Source of the DNA: Eledone cirrhosa
Lineage: Eukaryota
NCBI GenBank assembly: GCA_964016885.1
Contig: OZ024741.1
Span: 296,980,001-297,044,000, forward strand
Direction of reading: 5' to 3'
Length of the DNA stretch: 64,000 bases
The position numbers and the translations under genes are program-made. Positions 28,027-42,489 of the stretch are shown in pieces. The notes below the pieces were generated by a model. It did no database searches. It was not told the DNA's origin and saw only the letters and a list, made by a program, of their open reading frames with translations. Within the stretch, counting starts at the first letter, position 1; every line of letters begins with the position of its first letter.

Positions 28027-31000
28027 GAAGACAAACATAGACTATTCGAAAATATTCTGTATGTTTATAATAAACATTTTGAAGACCTAATCGCTATAGA
28101 ATAGAATACGTCACGTATTACAATTTGAGATTCTCGATAAAAGCAAGTGAAGTAACCTACGCGTTTCATTCTTATTTGAAATCATCAGGATTACATATCC
28201 AATGCTTTTATCGAGAATGACACAGCTAGAGACTTATAGAATACTTAGCTGTGTACAGGAACTGGTTTGAAAGAGCGGTTGCCGGTCCGGCAGAAATTAG
28301 AATTTGGATTTAATGCTCTGAAATAGCGATATATATGTGAAGACAAACATAGACTATTCGAAAATATTCTGTATGTTTATAATAAACATTTTGAAGACCT
28401 AATCGCTATAGAATAGAATACGTCACGTATTACAATTTGAGATTCTCGATAAAAGCAAGGGAAGTAACCTACGCGTTTCATTCTTATTTGAAATCATCAG
28501 GATTACATATCCAATGCTTTTATCGAGAATGACACAGCTAGAGACTTATAGAATACTTAGCTGTGTACAGGAACTGGTTTGAAAGAGCGGTTGCCGGTCC
28601 GGCAGAAATTAGAATTTGGATTTAATGCTCTGAAATAGCGATATATATGTGAAGACAAACATAGACTATTCGAAAATATTCTGTATGTTTATAATAAACA
28701 TTTTGAAGACCTAATCGCTATAGAATAGAATACGTCACGTATTACAATTTGAGATTCTCGATAAAAGCAAGGGAAGTAACCTACGCGTTTCATTCTTATT
28801 TGAAATCATCAGGATTACATATCCAATGCTTTTATCGAGAATGACACAGCTAGAGACTTATAGAATACTTAGCTGTGTACAGGAACTGGTTTGAAAGAGC
28901 GGTTGCCGGTCCGGCAGAAATTAGAATTTGGATTTAATGCTCTGAAATAGCGATATATATGTGAAGACAAACATAGACTATTCGAAAATATTCTGTATGT
29001 TTATAATAAACATTTTGAAGACCTAATCGCTATAGAATAGAATACGTCACGTATTACAATTTGAGATTCTCGATAAAAGCAAGGGAAGTAACCTACGCGT
29101 TTCATTCTTATTTGAAATCATCAGGATTACATATCCAATGCTTTTATCGAGAATGACACAGCTAGAGACTTATAGAATACTTAGCTGTGTACAGGAACTG
29201 GTTTGAAAGAGCGGTTGCCGGTCCGGCAGAAATTAGAATTTGGATTTAATGCTCTGAAATAGCGATATATATGTGAAGACAAACATAGACTATTCGAAAA
29301 TATTCTGTATGTTTATAATAAACATTTTGAAGACCTAATCGCTATAGAATAGAATACGTCACGTATTACAATTTGAGATTCTCGATAAAAGCAAGGGAAG
29401 TAACCTACGCGTTTCATTCTTATTTGAAATCATCAGGATTACATATCCAATGCTTTTATCGAGAATGACACAGCTAGAGACTTATAGAATACTTAGCTGT
29501 GTACAGGAACTGGTTTGAAAGAGCGGTTGCCGGTCCGGCAGAAATTAGAATTTGGATTTAATGCTCTGAAATAGCGATATATATGTGAAGACAAACATAG
29601 ACTATTCGAAAATATTCTGTATGTTTATAATAAACATTTTGAAGACCTAATCGCTATAGAATAGAATACGTCACGTATTACAATTTGAGATTCTCGATAA
29701 AAGCAAGGGAAGTAACCTACGCGTTTCATTCTTATTTGAAATCATCAGGATTACATATCCAATGCTTTTATCGAGAATGACACAGCTAGAGACTTATAGA
29801 ATACTTAGCTGTGTACAGGAACTGGTTTGAAAGAGCGGTTGCCGGTCCGGCAGAAATTAGAATTTGGATTTAATGCTCTGAAATAGCGATATATATGTGA
29901 AGACAAACATAGACTATTCGAAAATATTCTGTATGTTTATAATAAACATTTTGAAGACCTAATCGCTATAGAATAGAATACGTCACGTATTACAATTTGA
30001 GATTCTCGATAAAAGCAAGGGAAGTAACCTACGCGTTTCATTCTTATTTGAAATCATCAGGATTACATATCCAATGCTTTTATCGAGAATGACACAGCTA
30101 GAGACTTATAGAATACTTAGCTGTGTACAGGAACTGGTTTGAAAGAGCGGTTGCCGGTCCGGCAGAAATTAGAATTTGGATTTAATGCTCTGAAATAGCG
30201 ATATATATGTGAAGACAAACATAGACTATTCGAAAATATTCTGTATGTTTATAATAAACATTTTGAAGACCTAATCGCTATAGAATAGAATACGTCACGT
30301 ATTACAATTTGAGATTCTCGATAAAAGCAAGGGAAGTAACCTACGCGTTTCATTCTTATTTGAAATCATCAGGATTACATATCCAATGCTTTTATCGAGA
30401 ATGACACAGCTAGAGACTTATAGAATACTTAGCTGTGTACAGGAACTGGTTTGAAAGAGCGGTTGCCGGTCCGGCAGAAATTAGAATTTGGATTTAATGC
30501 TCTGAAATAGCGATATATATGTGAAGACAAACATAGACTATTCGAAAATATTCTGTATGTTTATAATAAACATTTTGAAGACCTAATCGCTATAGAATAG
30601 AATACGTCACGTATTACAATTTGAGATTCTCGATAAAAGCAAGGGAAGTAACCTACGCGTTTCATTCTTATTTGAAATCATCAGGATTACATATCTAATG
30701 CTTTTATCGAGAATGACACAGCTAGAGACTTATAGAATACTTAGCTGTGTACAGGAACTGGTTTGAAAGAGCGGTTGCCGGTCCGGCAGAAATTAGAATT
30801 TGGATTTAATGCTCTGAAATAGCGATAAATATGTGAAGACAAACATAGACTATTCGAAAATATTCTGTATGTTTATAATAAACATTTTGAAGACCTAATC
30901 GCTATAGAATAGAATACGTCACGTATTACAATTTGAGATTCTCGATAAAAGCAAGGGAAGTAACCTACGCGTTTCATTCTTATTTGAAATCATCAGGATT

Positions 31001-31424
31001 ACATATCCAATGCTTTTATCGAGAATGACACAGCTAGAGACTTATAGAATACTTAGCTGTGTACAGGAACTGGTTTGAAAGAGCGGTTGCCGGTCCGGCA
31101 GAAATTAGAATTTGGATTTAATGCTCTGAAATAGCGATATATATGTGAAGACAAACATAGACTATTCGAAAATATTCTGTATGTTTATAATAAACATTTT
31201 GAAGACCTAATCGCTATAGAATAGAATACGTCACGTATTACAATTTGAGATTCTCGATAAAAGCAAGGGAAGTAACCTACGCGTTTCATTCTTATTTGAA
31301 ATCATCAGGATTACATATCCAATGCTTTTATCGAGAATGACACAGCTAGAGACTTATAGAATACTTAGCTGTGTACAGGAACTGGTTTGAAAGAGCGGTT
31401 GCCGGTCCGGCAGAAATTAGAATT
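28027..31424 (-). repeat. 312-bp tandem array, left arm (about 10.9 units, 11 hammerheads on minus)
   Basis: Units start at 28027+312k; hammerheads at 28152-28194 +312k (k=0..10). Confidence 0.97.
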
Positions 31425-34019
<2,595 letters not shown>

Positions 34020-34059
34020 TATACACACACACACATACATATATACGCATATATATATG

Positions 34060-34432
34060 TGATCTCAGGCCCTGATGAAGAGAGAAAGACGTATATCGGG
34101 ATGACCTCCAACAACTTTAAGACCCGTTGGTACGCACACACCCATTCTTTTCGATTCGACGCCCGGACAAGTCCAACCAAACAACACTCGCCGCCCATGT
34201 CTGGGACCTAAAAAGGAACTCCATCCCCTTTACGCTCAAATGAAAACTACTCCAGAGAGCGCGGTCTTACACAGGAGGCCATAATTGTTGTGACCTTTGT
34301 ATTTCCGAGAGTTACGGAATACTATTCGCCAAAGGACCCTTACTCAATAGACTCTCAGAACACTGCCCGAAATGCATGCACAAAAACTATGCAACTTACA
34401 AGTCATATAGACCAGTTCTTCCCCCTGAATGA
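34060..34432 (+). pseudogene. Naiad PLE GIY-YIG 3' fragment (frameshift and in-frame TGA)
   Basis: [22 protein letters not shown] / [10 protein letters not shown]...K*KLLQRARSY...CDLCISE...LLN...CMHK. Confidence 0.88.
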
Positions 34433-34682
34433 TGATCCCATATGACAACGTAATCGACATTAAACATTAAACACACTCCCCCGCGCCCCCCTCCCATCCT
34501 AACCCTACCTTCGTTTTGTTACCTTTCAAACTTATAACTTATACTTTACTTTTCTCTACTTGTATTTTATGTTACTTAATTTCAATTTATGTTATTTGAT
34601 GGTTTTTCATATCTTGATTGTTTCCTTAAATTTTCCCCTTTGTGTATTTTTATATTTATTTTTATATGTTTATATGTGTGTG

Positions 34683-34798
<116 letters not shown>

Positions 34799-34921
34799 AA
34801 TCTACCAAAATATACGGTAGTGCCCAATCCGTATGAAGAACTCAATGTAATCCAAATATCATGAAAAGAGAAAATGTATTCAAAATTGTTTCGATGAAAA
34901 ACACAGGAAAACAGAGTCAAG

Positions 34922-35032
34922 ATAAATTAATAAAAACAATGAATAAAAACAAAGAAACAGTTCCTTATATTAAAAAATTCAATTTTTTAATATAAGGAAC
35001 TGTTTCTTTGTTTTTATTCATTGTTTTTATTA

Positions 35033-35038
<6 letters not shown>
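34922..35038. repeat. Perfect 58-bp inverted repeat with a 1-nt centre
   Basis: 34922-34979 is the reverse complement of 34981-35038. Confidence 0.95.
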
Positions 35039-35117
<79 letters not shown>

Positions 35118-35471
35118 ATATGGCTTTTATAATAATAGCACTAAACACTGTTTTTTAGACCCCTTTAAAAATATCCTGCTACTATAATAGCCCCAATAAC
35201 TTGTCTGTAATTCTGTACTACATTGACCCCTCTAACTAAATTTTGCCCAAACAACACCACTAGAAGAATTTACTTCCCCCGTCAACCCTAACACGCCTCA
35301 TTTGGCTAACTGCTGCCAAAACATTTTCTTCTATACAATCTCTACTACTCTGACAGACTTGAATTCTAAGACTCTCTCCCCCTTACTCACTTCCCTCTTC
35401 CTCTTCCCTTCCTACCTCCTACTTTCTCTCGTATCTAGTGTATAAAATATTTTCATATCATTCTACCAGAA

Positions 35472-35585
35472 AGGTCTGACGACATGGTGTGTTCTCTTAC
35501 AGTGTACCTACGATTTATGATATTTTTATATTATACAAATAGCGTGGTATAGGTAACCCACACACTATAGAAACAATTGTTACCT
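35472..35585 (+). ncRNA. pLTR hammerhead with about 87-nt stem II insertion (second copy 38504-38620)
   Basis: aggt-CTGACGA-catggtgtg...cacactata-GAAA-caattg-TT-acct. Confidence 0.8.
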
Positions 35586-35792
35586 AATATATTCTTTATA
35601 CCCACATTTCTGTTTCTTAAACTTCTTCTTCATATTTTCTCCGGATTTTAAAGCATATTTTATTATACGTTGAGCAATCTCCGACGCCGGTTGACTCCAT
35701 CCAATGTGACTACCTAGTAACATTGGAGTACTGATTTATTAATTCTTCACACTCCTTTACAGTCGAGTAACCTATCAACCTACGTCTTTGAA

Positions 35793-38075
35793 ATGGAAAA
35801 ACATCATTGTGGTATGTCCTTAAAAAACATACCCATTCAAGGTAGAAAAGAATACATTCTTGGTATGATACAAAGGACCAACGAATTTATTCGGCGGATT
35901 AGATGGAAGGCCTTTCACTTCGATAGGAATAAGATTACACAAACTTCCGACACCAACAACGATAAGTTTGGTTTCAAATCCTACAAAAACCCACCCTCTA
36001 ACCCTATTCTGGATTCTTTCGAGCAAGACCTAATGAAAATGATAACCGGAATCAAATTTGCAAACGGAAGGAAAAACGAACTGCAACGGGAGATTAAAAC
36101 TCTACTCGACAACCTGAGAAATACCAAAGGAATTATTATAAAGGCAGACAAAACATCGAATCTATATACCCTAGATGTAGAAACGTATAATAATTTTATA
36201 CGTAAGGAATTACATACGAAGTACAAAAAAACAAACGCAACTACACTAACCAACATTAATAACGCAGCATGTGATATTGTTAAGAAACGGAAAATCGACG
36301 ACAGAACGGAACCCCTATGTCCAGCTACACCGACTTTTAATTTGAAGGACCATAAGGCTAACTTCGATACTAACCCTAAAATTAGATTAATTTGTCCTTC
36401 AAAATCTGATATAGGTAGAATCAGTAAGTACATATTAGATCGTATTATCCCCCAAGTTAAGGCTAAGGTAGATATTAAATTATGGGGTAATACTCAACAG
36501 GCAATAAGTTGGTTCAATAACATCAGTGACAAAAACAAATCTTCTTTTATTCAATTCGATATAGATGAATACTATTCCTCTATTTCACCTGAAACTCTGC
36601 ATAAGGCCCTCTCATTCGCTAAGGCCAACTCGGACCTCACAAACGAGGATATTAATATTATACTTGAAGCTAGACGCACAGTAGTCCATTTTGAAAATAG
36701 TTATTGGGTCCGCAGAGATAGACCCTCGGAATTTGACATTACGATGGGTTCTAATGATTCGGCGGAAGTTACAGATTTGGTTGGAATCTATCTGGCTCAC
36801 AGACTCCAGAGCGAATTTATTGACCTCCACGGTGGAATCTACCGTGATGATGCACTCCTATTAGTCAAAACTATGAACAAACAAAATCTAGAAAGGCGAC
36901 GTAAAAACATTAGGAAACTTTTCTTAGAACTAGGACTTAGTATTACCTTCGAACACAATCTTAAAGTGGTCAATTTCTTGGATGTCACCTTCAACCTTAA
37001 TAACGGTAATATAAAGCCATTTCACAAACTTAATGAAAATCTCAAGTACGTTAATTTAAGATCGAACCACCCCCATTCCATTATTAAATCTATCCCTAAA
37101 AATATATCCATAAGGATCTCCAGACTATCGTCTAATTTGCAGACCTTCAACGAGCATGCTGAGTATTATAACGACGCACTTAGAAAAGCTGGTTACTGCG
37201 AGAAAATAGAATATCTAGAAGATAACCACATAAATACTATGAATAAATCACATTTAAGTCGAACTAGTATTGCACCACACAGACACATTAATAGGCATAA
37301 TAATAGGTGCAAACCAACAAATAGAGTTAGACGTAGAGAGTACATATGGTATAACCCCGTGTACAATATTTCTATTAGCACTAAGATTATCTCACAATTC
37401 TATACACTGATCAATAAACACTTTACAACTTCACATAAATACTATAAAATCTTAAACTCGCGCACCATTAGACTCTCATACTCCACTGCACCTAACATAG
37501 AACAACTAATTAAAAAACTCAACTCAACAATACTAAATAAGTACATCCCTAATGACACAGCGCACCAGCATAGCGACATACAACGCACTAACACGCAGCT
37601 ACAACCCCACCAAACTATCCAGGATACTACTGCAAAACATAAAAATAACTGTAACTGCACTAAACCAGGTTCGTGCCCATTGAATAACCAATGCCTAGCA
37701 CGCAATATTGTCTACCGATGTACAATAAATTCCGGAACCAACAAATGGTATTACGTCGGATGTACCGCAACATCTTTCAAAGCTCGCCTATACCAACATC
37801 GATCTTCGATCAAGCATGAGAAAATGCGCTCCGTAACAACCCTCGCCGACAAAGCCTGGCAGCTTCGGAAGAACAATCAAGCATTCTCCCTTGATTGACA
37901 AATTATTGCATTTGCGCCAGCATATAAGCAAAATCACCGATTTTGTAAATTATGCAATATGGAGATATACTGCATTTTAACGTCGGAAAACAAACTTTTG
38001 AACAGCAAAATTGAACGTTCACTTTACTGTAACCATCGTTTAAAAACGACTTTTTCTTTTTTTAAATGTATGTAA
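35793..38075 (+). CDS. Naiad RT/GIY-YIG protein: 701 aa to an in-frame TGA (37896-37898), then 58 conserved residues to TAA at 38073-38075
   Basis: KNIP, DKT, YRDDA, NFLDV, CNCTKPGSCPL, NIVY..YYVG; after the TGA: CKLCNME, LLN, CNH. Confidence 0.9.
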
Positions 38076-38665
38076 TGCTATCTTTTTACACCACCATTTG
38101 CAAATTTTTATTTTTATTTCATATTTTTATATGTTTATACACACGATATGGCTTTTTATAATAATAGCACTAAACACTGTTTTTTAGACCTCTTTAGAAA
38201 TATCCTGCTACTATAATAGCCCCAATAACTTGTCTGTAATTCTGTACTACATTGACCCCTCTAACTAAATTTTGCCCAAACAACACCACTAGAAGAATTT
38301 ACTTGCCCCGTCAACCCTAACACGCCTTATTTGGCTCACTGCTGCCAAAACATTTTCTTCTATACAATCTCTACTACTCTGACAGTCTTGAATTCTAAGA
38401 CTCCCCCCCCCCCCTTACTCACTTCCCCCTTCCTCTTCCCTTCCTACCTCCTACTTTCTCTCGTATCTAGTGTATAAAATATTTTCATATCATTCTACCA
38501 GAAAGGTCTGACGACATGGTGTGTTCTCTTACAGTGTACCTACGATTTATGATAATATTTTTATATTATACAAATAGCGAGGTATAGGTAACCCACACAC
38601 TATAGAAACAATTGTTACCTAATATATTCTTTATACCCACATTTCCGTTTCTTAAACTTCTTCTT

Positions 38666-38751
<86 letters not shown>

Positions 38752-38754
<3 letters not shown>

Positions 38755-40345
38755 AACGAGTAGGACCCCGACGGCTGAGCTCAAGCCGTTTCGACGGCTA
38801 ATTCTGGACTAAATGAAAATTTTTATCCTGGTAAATGAATAGCCGAGCTTCTCAGGAGGTAATTCCATACATGGTAAAAGTGATTGTCACAAGGATTGGT
38901 CAAAAGTGTGTTGTTGAGACACATAATTCTATCATGGCATTTTGTGGAAGGAAGGGGTAGCTGAACTTGCCAGTAGAAGAAAGAGGGAGAGGGAGTGGAG
39001 GAAACCCAGTCGTGCGTTGAAAGTGACAACTACAGCAGAATCCTAAGGATAAGAGGTCAAGAGGGGGAGGGGGAGGAAGTCGAAACACCCCACTTTCCGA
39101 CTTTGTAATGGGTAACCCCTGCTTACAAAGGTAGACGTAAGATTTTCTTATATATTTTTTATCGTTTCCTCTATATTTCCTTCTTCACCCCATCCCTTCC
39201 TAGTCCTTCCACCCAGTTCTCCTTCTTTGTCGTCGTTCTTTTCACCCTCTCGCCCACCCCGAGGCAGCCCTTCGGTCCTCTGTAGCCTCAGTACCCCCAC
39301 CCCACCCCCTATTATATGATAGAATTGGCCGACTCCGCTTTTTATAGCAGATGTGCTAGACCCCAGATACTTGCTTTCTTATCTGATTGCTGCCCCATTT
39401 CCGTGATTTCTAGATTTCTTAGTGGTATCTCTGCTTTAGTTTCTCGTATATCAGTTTTTTTTTGGGGGGGGGGGGGGGGGGGATTCTGAATTAATTTTTC
39501 ATATTAATTTTTTCATATATATCGTACGAGCATTTATGTAGTTTGCATTAGAATTTATGTATTGTAGCGGTACCCTTATATATCGTATTAGTATTCATTT
39601 TCGGAATTCTGAATTAATATTTCGTATTAGTTTCGGGACTCTGAATTATTATTTCGTATTAGTTTTTTTAGTATTTTGGCCCCTTACTTGTTGACCTGTT
39701 ATTGTAAGATAGATTTGGCCGATTACTACTAACTCATAAATTTCTTTCACTACAATCTCGTATTTAGTATCCCACCCCACCTATTAAACTTTTCTATAGT
39801 TTAGCAGTACCAGTGAGAGATTTGATGGTTGTGGTAAGGGAATAGTAACCAGAAATTGTTTTTTTTTTTGTTTTTTTTAACATTCTTATTTTTCTATATA
39901 GATTTACTCCATATAGATTTACTTATTGTTTAGACTTCCTCCCCCCTCCCCCTCTTGACCTCTTATCCTTAGGATTCTGCTGTAGTTGTCACTTTCAACG
40001 CACGACTGGGTTTCCTCCACTCCCTCTCCCTCTTTCTTCTACTGGCAAGTTCAGCTACCCCTTCCTTCCAAAAATGCCATGATAGAATTATGTGTCTCAA
40101 CAACAAACTTTTGACTAATCCTTATGACAATCACTTTTACTATATATGGAATTACCCCCTGAGAAACTCGGCTATTCATTTACCATAATAAAAATTTTCA
40201 TTTAGTCCAGAATTAGCCGTCGAAACGGCTTGAGCTCAGCCGTCGGAGTCCTACTCGTTCCTATTACCCACTCTACTACCCTAAGTATTGAGTACTTTGG
40301 TACGTTATGGTCCATCTGGTTCTTTACCACATTTCCTTCGTTATA
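38752..40345. mobile_element. Inverted pair of the 26-kb family (arms about 38752-39082 and 39932-40262); hammerhead-like motifs at 38766-38858 minus and 40155-40248 plus
   Basis: CTGAGAA core, same stem II base and same cggct/agccg stem III as 26668-26760. Confidence 0.8.
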
Positions 40346-40364
40346 TATATATATATATATATAT

Positions 40365-40451
40365 GTTTACAGATTGACTTTGTTAGTTTCAGAAGATCCC
40401 GTTAAGGGCGAAAGCACCGATTCTTTGCTTACACTTTAATCTGTTATTTTA

Positions 40452-40456
<5 letters not shown>
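40365..40456 (+). mobile_element. Solo fragment of the first Naiad's UTR with variant hammerhead (40385-40435)
   Basis: Reverse complement of about 1955-2047; CAGAAGA...GAAA-gca...tgc-TT. Confidence 0.75.
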
Positions 40457-40519
<63 letters not shown>

Positions 40520-40640
40520 GTATATATATGTGTGTATGTGTGTATATGTATGTATATATATGTGTGTATGTGTGTGTGTATGTATATGTATGTGTATGTG
40601 TATGAATATGTATGTATATATGTATGTGTGTGTATGTATG

Positions 40641-40673
<33 letters not shown>

Positions 40674-40708
40674 ATGCATATATGTGTATATATATGTAAA
40701 AATGTGTG

Positions 40709-40739
<31 letters not shown>

Positions 40740-40759
40740 ATGTATGTGTGTGTATGTGT

Positions 40760-40817
<58 letters not shown>

Positions 40818-41260
40818 ATATGTATGTATATATGTATGTATATATGTATGTATATATGTATGTATATATGTATGTATATATGTATGTATATATGTATATA
40901 TATATGTATATATGTATGTATATATATATGTATATATGTATGTATATATATATATGTATATATGTATGTATATGTATATATGTATGTATATATATATATG
41001 TATATATGTATGTATATGTATATATGTATGTATATATATATATGTATATATGTATGTATATATATATATGTATATATGTATGTATATATATATGTATATA
41101 TGTATGTATATATATATGTATATATGTGTGTTTATATATATATGTATATATGTATGTATATATATATATGTATATATGTGTGTATATATATATATGTGTG
41201 TGTGTATATGTATATATATATATATGTATATTTGTGTAAGAGTGTGTGTATATATATATG
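40457..41260. repeat. Compound (TA)n/(TG)n/(TATG)n microsatellite
   Basis: Directly visible; one of many such tracts in the window. Confidence 0.97.
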
Positions 41261-41262
41261 AT

Positions 41263-42097
41263 TCTCAACTAGCCACTGATTTACAAATTTTACGTGGGGA
41301 CGGGAAGCTAAAAAGAATCAATCTATTAGTTCCTGTCAGAAGCCTCAGCCAACGTGTCTCACACACAAATTATCAAGGGGTGAAAAGATGGCTATTAGAA
41401 ATAGCAGTTCACATTGATATAAAATAGAATGGTAGCATTCGGTTCATGTCTCCAAGCCCCATGGCTAGAGGAAAGCGATGGTAACAATGGTAGTACCAAG
41501 AACCTTTAACGGACATTAAATGCGATCATCCATTATATACCAATATAGTAGCGAGCTGAAATGTGTCAGCCACGTGCGTAGATAACCAGTCTAATTCACA
41601 ACTTAAAAGAGTGAGAGACAAAATTAGTAGCAGGAAAAAGACTGCATATCAAAACAAAAACACAATAAAAAGTGAAAAATTGTTTAACTTACTCTCAATA
41701 TTCCGCTCGTTGGGAGATAATAATAATAAGGGTGACGGACCCAGCATATTTATTAATGCCAGTACCGGTTGTATCTCAGCGCACTCAATGGGCAATGTAA
41801 GATACATTACCAGAGTATACACACACGTAAAACGGGTGCCTATAAGGTTCCCGGACTCGAGTTTCTGCAGCACTTATTCAGCAGTAAGGTGCACTGCACC
41901 ATCTGTCTGCATATATTATGCAACAATGCACAATCGGCTTATGCGGCTTCATCAGCGGGTATCGCCTAATCAATAACCAATCGATCGACATAATCCAAAC
42001 ACCGGCCCGTGCCGGTCATGACTGTTTGTGACAACCGACACGGTAAAGCGATTAACTGGCAACCGATAGGACTCTTTCTCTCAACTAGCCACTGATT
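41263..42097 (-). mobile_element. PLE-like fragment with short terminal direct repeat and hammerhead at 41850-41959
   Basis: tctcaactagccactgatt at both ends; cccg-CTGATGA-long stem II-GAAA-ctcgag-TC-cggg on minus. Confidence 0.7.
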
Positions 42098-42489
42098 ATA
42101 TATATACTTAATTTATTATGACTAAGTAGAGTCTTGTTATATATATATATACATCGTAGTTATATACATCTTGTTTATATATACATCGTAGTCTGGAACT
42201 AGCTGTTGAAACGGCTAGAGCTCAGCCGTCGGGGTCCCCGACTCTTTTAATATAACCATACTACCTACTTCTATCGAGTACTCTGTTGAGTAATCGTCTA
42301 ACCAGTTTCAAATACAATTCATCCTGATTTATTTGTACACACACACACAAGATAAAACTATATATAAAAGAGTATATATCAATTTAGAAACTACTAGTAT
42401 TTTGTATATATACACAGAACATTTAATATGTATGTAAATATACTCACTTCAAGCTGGTAACATTGCCTATAGTTTCTCAATTGATATAT

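Larger units (their letters stand above)
35118..38665 (+). mobile_element. Near full-length Naiad-type PLE with direct pLTRs (about 35118-35630 and 38146-38665), inserted in (TA)n
   Basis: About 515-bp near-identical direct repeats flank an RT plus GIY-YIG ORF; (TA)n on both sides. Confidence 0.93.

Noticed and set aside
40436-41427. YI/HT/CV-repeat ORFs here and at other microsatellites
   Set aside because: Translations of (TA)n, (CA)n and (TATG)n.
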